Below are positions 59,424 to 64,000 of a stretch of 64,000 nucleotides of DNA, piece by piece. The position numbers and the translations under genes were made by a program. The DNA is taken from the NCBI GenBank assembly GCA_964653925.1, contig CAZZHP010000001.1:16992-80991 (forward strand), given 5' to 3'. Each line of letters opens with the position of its first letter. Within the stretch, counting starts at the first letter, position 1. Source of the DNA: an uncultured Eubacteriales bacterium. GTDB lineage: Bacteria; Bacillota; Clostridia; Oscillospirales; Acutalibacteraceae. The notes below the pieces were generated by a model that was not told the DNA's origin, ran no database searches, and saw nothing but the letters and a program-made list of their open reading frames with translations.

Positions 59424-59640
59424 TATTATAATATCCTTCCTTTCTAATAATAATGTTATATAATGTATTACTATAAAACCTATACATAATTATTATAACA
59501 TAAATTCTTTTATTTTTCAATTATTGGGGACATCTTTTTAAAATTTCATAAAAAAATAAATTAAATGACTAAATAAGTTTGAAAAAATTAGTAATTTTTT
59601 AGAATTTTTCTAAAAAATGTAGAAAAGTAGAAAAATTATA

Positions 59641-59669
59641 TTGATTATCTTGCAAATTTATACTATAAT
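59641..59669 (+). promoter_or_regulatory. candidate sigma-A promoter for purC (TTGATT-17-TATAAT)
   Basis: -35 at 59641-59646, -10 at 59664-59669, 58 nt upstream of the purC ATG. Confidence 0.35.
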
Positions 59670-59726
59670 ATATAAGTGTAAGTAGTACATATATGTTTTT
59701 TTGTTAATAAATGGAGGATTTAAAAA

Positions 59727-60431
59727 ATGACAAAGACAGAATTGATTTACGAAGGCAAGGCTAAAAAAGTATTCGCAACCGAAAATGCAGATTATTGCAT
59801 TGTATCTTACAAAGATGATGCAACAGCTTTTAATGGTCTTAAAAAGGGTAGCATTGTAGGCAAAGGTATTGTGAACAACAGAATGAGTAACTTTATGTTC
59901 CAAAAGCTTGAACAAGCAGGTGTCAAGACTCATTTTGTCGAAGAAATAAACGACAGAGATACCATTGTTAAGAAAGTTGAGATAGTTCCTCTTGAAGTTA
60001 TCGTAAGAAACAAAGCTGCCGGTAGTCTATCTAAAAGACTTGGCTTGCCTGAGGGTACCCCAATGAAAACCACAGTACTTGAATTCTGCTACAAAAATGA
60101 TGATTTAGGCGACCCTATTGTTAACGAATATCACATTCTTGCTGCTGAACTTGCTACAAAAGAAGAAGTTGATATTATTGCCGATATGGCTTTAAAAGTA
60201 AATGACTTTATGATAAATTTCTTCAAAGAATGTAATGTTGACCTTATCGACTTTAAACTTGAATTTGGCAGATTTAACGGCGAAATTCTCCTTGCAGATG
60301 AGATTTCACCAGATACTTGCCGTTTCTGGGATATAACAACAGGCGAAAAACTTGACAAAGACCGTTTCCGTAGAGATATGGGCGGAGTTGAAGAAGCATA
60401 CGCTGAAATGATGAGAAGAATTGGACTTTAA
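59727..60431 (+). CDS. purC: phosphoribosylaminoimidazole-succinocarboxamide synthase
   Basis: [20 protein letters not shown] and [22 protein letters not shown]. Confidence 0.95.
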   Translation: MTKTELIYEGKAKKVFATENADYCIVSYKDDATAFNGLKKGSIVGKGIVNNRMSNFMFQKLEQAGVKTHFVEEINDRDTIVKKVEIVPLEVIVRNKAAGSLSKRLGLPEGTPMKTTVLEFCYKNDDLGDPIVNEYHILAAELATKEEVDIIADMALKVNDFMINFFKECNVDLIDFKLEFGRFNGEILLADEISPDTCRFWDITTGEKLDKDRFRRDMGGVEEAYAEMMRRIGL

Positions 60432-60440
60432 TTTTTATAA

Positions 60441-60472
60441 ATAAGCGGCTCTGTTTACACACTGCCGCTTAT
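60441..60472 (+). terminator. hairpin between purC and purB (weak terminator/attenuator)
   Basis: ATAAGCGGC pairs with GCCGCTTAT over 9 bp with a 14-nt loop. The downstream sequence is only moderately T-rich. Confidence 0.35.
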
Positions 60473-60507
60473 CTTAATTATTAAGTTAAGAAAGTGAAGG
60501 TTAATAA

Positions 60508-61941
60508 ATGATAAAAGATACATACGAATCACCGTTATCTGCCCGTTATGCTGATAAAGAAATGAAATATCTTTTCTCTCCGGATATGAAATTCCGTACT
60601 TGGAGAAAACTTTGGATAGCTTTAGCTGAATCTGAAATGGAGTTAGGCCTCCCTATTACACAAGAACAGATAGCTGAACTTAAAGCTAATGCAAACAACA
60701 TCAATTATGAGGTTGCACAAGAGCGAGAAAAATTAGTTAGGCACGATGTAATGTCCCATGTTTACGCTTATGGTGTTCAATGCCCAAAAGCGAAGGGTAT
60801 TATACATTTAGGTGCTACATCTTGTTATGTAGGCGATAATACAGATATAATTATAATGACCGAAGCATTAAAGATTATCAGAGATAAGCTTGTGCTTGTT
60901 ATTCGTGAACTTTCTGCTTTTGCCGATAAATACAAGGCTCTGCCTACTCTTGCGTTTACACATTTTCAGCCTGCTCAACCTACAACCGTCGGTAAAAGGG
61001 CTACACTTTGGATACAGGAATTGATGATGGACCTTGAAGATATTGAATACCAGCTTTCAAAGGCTAAATTGCTTGGCTCAAAGGGTACAACCGGCACACA
61101 GGCAAGCTTCCTTGACTTGTTTGACAATGACCACGAAAAAGTTAAAGAATTGGACAGAAGAATTGCTCGCAAGATGGGTTATAATGGCTGTTTTGCTGTT
61201 TCAGGACAAACATATTCCCGCAAACTTGATACACAAATTTTGAATGTACTAAGTTCAATAGCACAAAGTGCAGCTAAATTTTCAAACGATATTAGACTTT
61301 TGCAACATCTCAAGGAGATCGAAGAACCGTTTGAGAAAAACCAAATAGGCTCATCTGCTATGGCATACAAGAGAAATCCTATGCGGAGCGAGAGAATCGG
61401 TTCATTAGCAAGATATGTTATGGTTGATGTTTTGAATGCTTCCTTTACAACTGCAACACAATGGTTTGAAAGGACGCTTGATGACAGTGCCAACAAACGC
61501 ATAAGTATTCCTGAAGCATTTCTCGCTACTGACGCTATACTTAATCTCTATGCTAATGTTGCCGACGGACTTGTTGTGTATGAAAAAGTAATTGAGCAGA
61601 GGCTAAAAAAAGAATTGCCTTTTATGGCAACCGAAAATATTATGATGGACGCAGTTAAGCGCGGCGGTGACAGACAAGTATTGCACGAGAAAATCAGAGA
61701 ACACTCTATGGCTGCTTCGAAGGTTATAAAAGAAGACGGCGGTGAAAACGACCTCCTTCAAAGAATTGCAAGTGACCCTGAATTCGGTGTGACCCTTGAG
61801 GAATTGCATTCTATCCTTAAACCTGAAAAATATACAGGCAGAGCAAAAGAACAAACCGAGGAGTTTTTAAATGAGGTTGTATTCCCTACGATTGCAAAAT
61901 ATTCTGATAATAACACTGAAAAAGTAGAAATAAATGTCTAA
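60508..61941 (+). CDS. purB: adenylosuccinate lyase
   Basis: [11 protein letters not shown]-terminus, [11 protein letters not shown] signature, 477 aa. Confidence 0.95.
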   Translation: MIKDTYESPLSARYADKEMKYLFSPDMKFRTWRKLWIALAESEMELGLPITQEQIAELKANANNINYEVAQEREKLVRHDVMSHVYAYGVQCPKAKGIIHLGATSCYVGDNTDIIIMTEALKIIRDKLVLVIRELSAFADKYKALPTLAFTHFQPAQPTTVGKRATLWIQELMMDLEDIEYQLSKAKLLGSKGTTGTQASFLDLFDNDHEKVKELDRRIARKMGYNGCFAVSGQTYSRKLDTQILNVLSSIAQSAAKFSNDIRLLQHLKEIEEPFEKNQIGSSAMAYKRNPMRSERIGSLARYVMVDVLNASFTTATQWFERTLDDSANKRISIPEAFLATDAILNLYANVADGLVVYEKVIEQRLKKELPFMATENIMMDAVKRGGDRQVLHEKIREHSMAASKVIKEDGGENDLLQRIASDPEFGVTLEELHSILKPEKYTGRAKEQTEEFLNEVVFPTIAKYSDNNTEKVEINV

Positions 61942-61995
61942 TTTAACTTATAAATTTATTTGTTAAATAATCTTATTATAAAGGGGAAAAATTTA

Positions 61996-63276
61996 ATGGT
62001 AAAAGCTATTGTTGGTGCTAACTGGGGCGATGAAGGTAAAGGTAAATTAACCGATGTGCTTGCACAAGAAAGTGATATTGTTGTTCGTTTTCAGGGTGGT
62101 AGTAATGCTGGCCACACTATCGTAAATAACTATGGCAAATTTGCACTACACCAACTTCCTTCCGGCGTATTTCATAGCCATATTACAAATATAATCGGCA
62201 ACGGTGTCGCATTTAGCGTTGAAAATTTCATCAAGGAAATGACAGAACTCGAAAACAGAGGCGTTCCAAAGCCAAATATTCTTATCTCTGATAGAGCACA
62301 AATTGTTATGCCTTATCATATTGCCTTTGATTGTTACGAGGAAGAAAGACTTGGCAAAAATTCCTTTGGTTCTACCAAAAGCGGTATTGCTCCATTCTAT
62401 TCTGATAAATATTCTAAAATAGGTTTCCAGATTAATGAACTTTTTGATGATGAAGAATACTTGAAGGATAAAATCACCCGTACCCTCGAAATAAAAAATT
62501 CTATCCTTAAAAATGTATATAACAAACAAGAAATTTCTGCTGAGGAGATATTTGGTAAACTTATGGAGTATAAGGAATTTTTAGCCCCATATATCTCGGA
62601 TACATTTACAGTATTACACGATGCTATTAAAGATGGCAAAAATATACTCCTTGAAGGTCAACTTGGCTCGCTAAAAGATGCCGACTTTGGTATTTATCCA
62701 ATGGTTACATCTTCTAACACTATTGCAGGTTACGGTGCTGTCGGTGCAGGCGGTGTGCCTCCTTATGAAATTAAGGAAATTATTGCCGTTGTTAAGGCTT
62801 ATTCAAGTGCCGTTGGTGCAGGTGAATTTGTAAGTGAAATCTTCGGTGAAGAGGCTGATGAGTTAAGACGCAGAGGCGGAGATGGTGGCGAATATGGTGC
62901 TACGACCGGCAGACCTCGCAGAATGGGTTGGCTTGACCTTGTTGCATCACGCTATGGCTGTCAAGTCCAAGGTGCTACAAATGTTGCATTTACTGTACTT
63001 GATGTTTTGGGCTATCTTGATAAAATTCCTGTTTGCGTTTCTTACGAACTCGATGGTGAAATTATAAATTACTTCCCTTCTACATCTAAACTCAAAAGGT
63101 GCAAACCGGTCCTTAAAATTATGGATGGCTGGAAATGTGATATTAGAGGAATTAAAAATTACGAAGATTTACCTGAAAACTGCAAGAAATACATAGAATT
63201 TGCAGAAGAACAAATCGGTATACATATTGGTATTATTTCTAACGGACCTTCAAGAGATGATATTATTTATAGATAA
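61996..63276 (+). CDS. purA: adenylosuccinate synthase
   Basis: ATG 61996 follows AAGGGGA. VGANWGDEGKGK P-loop, GGSNAGHT and TTGRPRR. Confidence 0.95.
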   Translation: MVKAIVGANWGDEGKGKLTDVLAQESDIVVRFQGGSNAGHTIVNNYGKFALHQLPSGVFHSHITNIIGNGVAFSVENFIKEMTELENRGVPKPNILISDRAQIVMPYHIAFDCYEEERLGKNSFGSTKSGIAPFYSDKYSKIGFQINELFDDEEYLKDKITRTLEIKNSILKNVYNKQEISAEEIFGKLMEYKEFLAPYISDTFTVLHDAIKDGKNILLEGQLGSLKDADFGIYPMVTSSNTIAGYGAVGAGGVPPYEIKEIIAVVKAYSSAVGAGEFVSEIFGEEADELRRRGGDGGEYGATTGRPRRMGWLDLVASRYGCQVQGATNVAFTVLDVLGYLDKIPVCVSYELDGEIINYFPSTSKLKRCKPVLKIMDGWKCDIRGIKNYEDLPENCKKYIEFAEEQIGIHIGIISNGPSRDDIIYR

Positions 63277-63293
63277 TAAAGGAGAATTTTAAT

Positions 63294-64000
63294 ATGAACA
63301 TTACTAACGAATCAATTTTAGTAATGGACTTTGGCGGTCAATATGCTCAACTTATTGCAAGAAGAGTGCGTGAACAAAATGTATTTTGCGAGATTAAAAA
63401 TTATAAAATATCTGCCGAAGAAATCAAAGCTAAAAATTACAAAGGTATAATATTTACAGGTGGTCCTAATAGCGTATATGCAGACAATGCAATTATGTGT
63501 GACAAAAAAGTATTTGATTTAGGCATACCTGTGCTTGGTATCTGCTATGGTGCACAAATGATGGCACACATGCTCGGTGGTAAGGTTGTATCAAGTGAAA
63601 TTAAAGAATACGGTAACACAAGTGTAAATTTTGACAATACCTCCACCCTATTCTCAGGCAACGACGCTAACAGTATTTGCTGGATGAGTCATACAGATTA
63701 TATTGCACAAGCCCCAGAAGATTTCAAAATAACTGCGTATACAGCTAATTGCCCTGTTGCAGCTATGGAAAATGATGCAAGAAAACTTTACGCTATGCAA
63801 TACCACCCAGAAGTTGAGCATAGTGTGCAAGGCAAACAAATGTTACATAACTTCCTCTATTCCGCTTGTGGTTGTAGCGGTGATTGGAAGATGTCATCAT
63901 TTGTACAAGACACTATTGAAAAATTACGCAGAGAGATTGGCGACCGAAAGGTTGTTGTAGGTCTTTCGGGTGGTGTTGACAGTTCTGTTGCTGCATTACT
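63294..64000 (+). CDS. guaA: GMP synthase (glutamine-hydrolysing), N-terminal part, continues past the window edge
   Basis: My own translation from ATG 63294 (GGAG SD) reads MNITNESILVMDFGGQYAQLIARRVRE...GICYGAQMMAH...VVGLSGGVDSSVAA. This gives the GATase catalytic Cys and the ATP-PPase SGGVDS motif. It is absent from the ORF track because there is no stop in the window. Confidence 0.95.
   Translation, partial: MNITNESILVMDFGGQYAQLIARRVREQNVFCEIKNYKISAEEIKAKNYKGIIFTGGPNSVYADNAIMCDKKVFDLGIPVLGICYGAQMMAHMLGGKVVSSEIKEYGNTSVNFDNTSTLFSGNDANSICWMSHTDYIAQAPEDFKITAYTANCPVAAMENDARKLYAMQYHPEVEHSVQGKQMLHNFLYSACGCSGDWKMSSFVQDTIEKLRREIGDRKVVVGLSGGVDSSVAAL

Noticed and set aside
59424-59726. A purine (guanine/adenine) riboswitch or PurBox upstream of purC.
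   Set aside because: I could not find the conserved junction sequences of the purine riboswitch. The leader from the candidate promoter is only about 50 nt and almost pure A/T.
1-64000. Search for rRNA, tRNA, tmRNA, CRISPR repeats, IS elements and toxin-antitoxin pairs.
   Set aside because: All intergenic gaps are 303 bp or shorter and AT-rich. I saw no cloverleaf-capable GC-rich segment, no regularly spaced direct repeats and no transposase-like ORF on either strand.

Overview
AT-rich (about one-third G+C by eye) chromosomal segment from a spore-forming member of the Clostridia (Bacillota). I support about 55 protein-coding genes, nearly all core housekeeping. They include the classic pyrH-frr-uppS-cdsA-dxr-rseP-ispG-polC block, uvrB, a ParE/ParC-like type IIA topoisomerase pair and radA. 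There is a long minus-strand block: ruvCAB, glmM, a SAM methyltransferase, ecfA1-ecfA2-ecfT-truA, cvpA, pgsA and a ClpC-type unfoldase. Also present are spoIIGA-sigE, pcrA, a heterodimeric ABC exporter and purC-purB-purA-guaA (guaA runs off the right edge). Sporulation markers (spoIIGA, pro-sigma-E, cwlD, a SpoIIM-like protein) support a spore-former. I found no rRNA, tRNA, CRISPR array, transposase, prophage block or recognisable defence system, and no riboswitch I could defend. Several ORF-track starts look too far upstream and were re-set using Shine-Dalgarno (SD) spacing. uvrB has no canonical start codon at all. This is mostly ordinary core genome. The best candidates for uncharacterised biology are: (1) a translationally coupled triad at 3.06-5.08 kb, made of a Cys-rich DUF5685-like protein, a J-domain/TPR protein with an 8-Cys tail and a small membrane protein; (2) a ClpC-type double-AAA+ protein whose Clp_N domain is replaced by a ClpX-like zinc ribbon plus an acidic low-complexity linker; (3) an uncharacterised, possibly GME-fold ORF right after radA, where disA usually sits. 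All family names come from motif recognition by eye. No database search was run.
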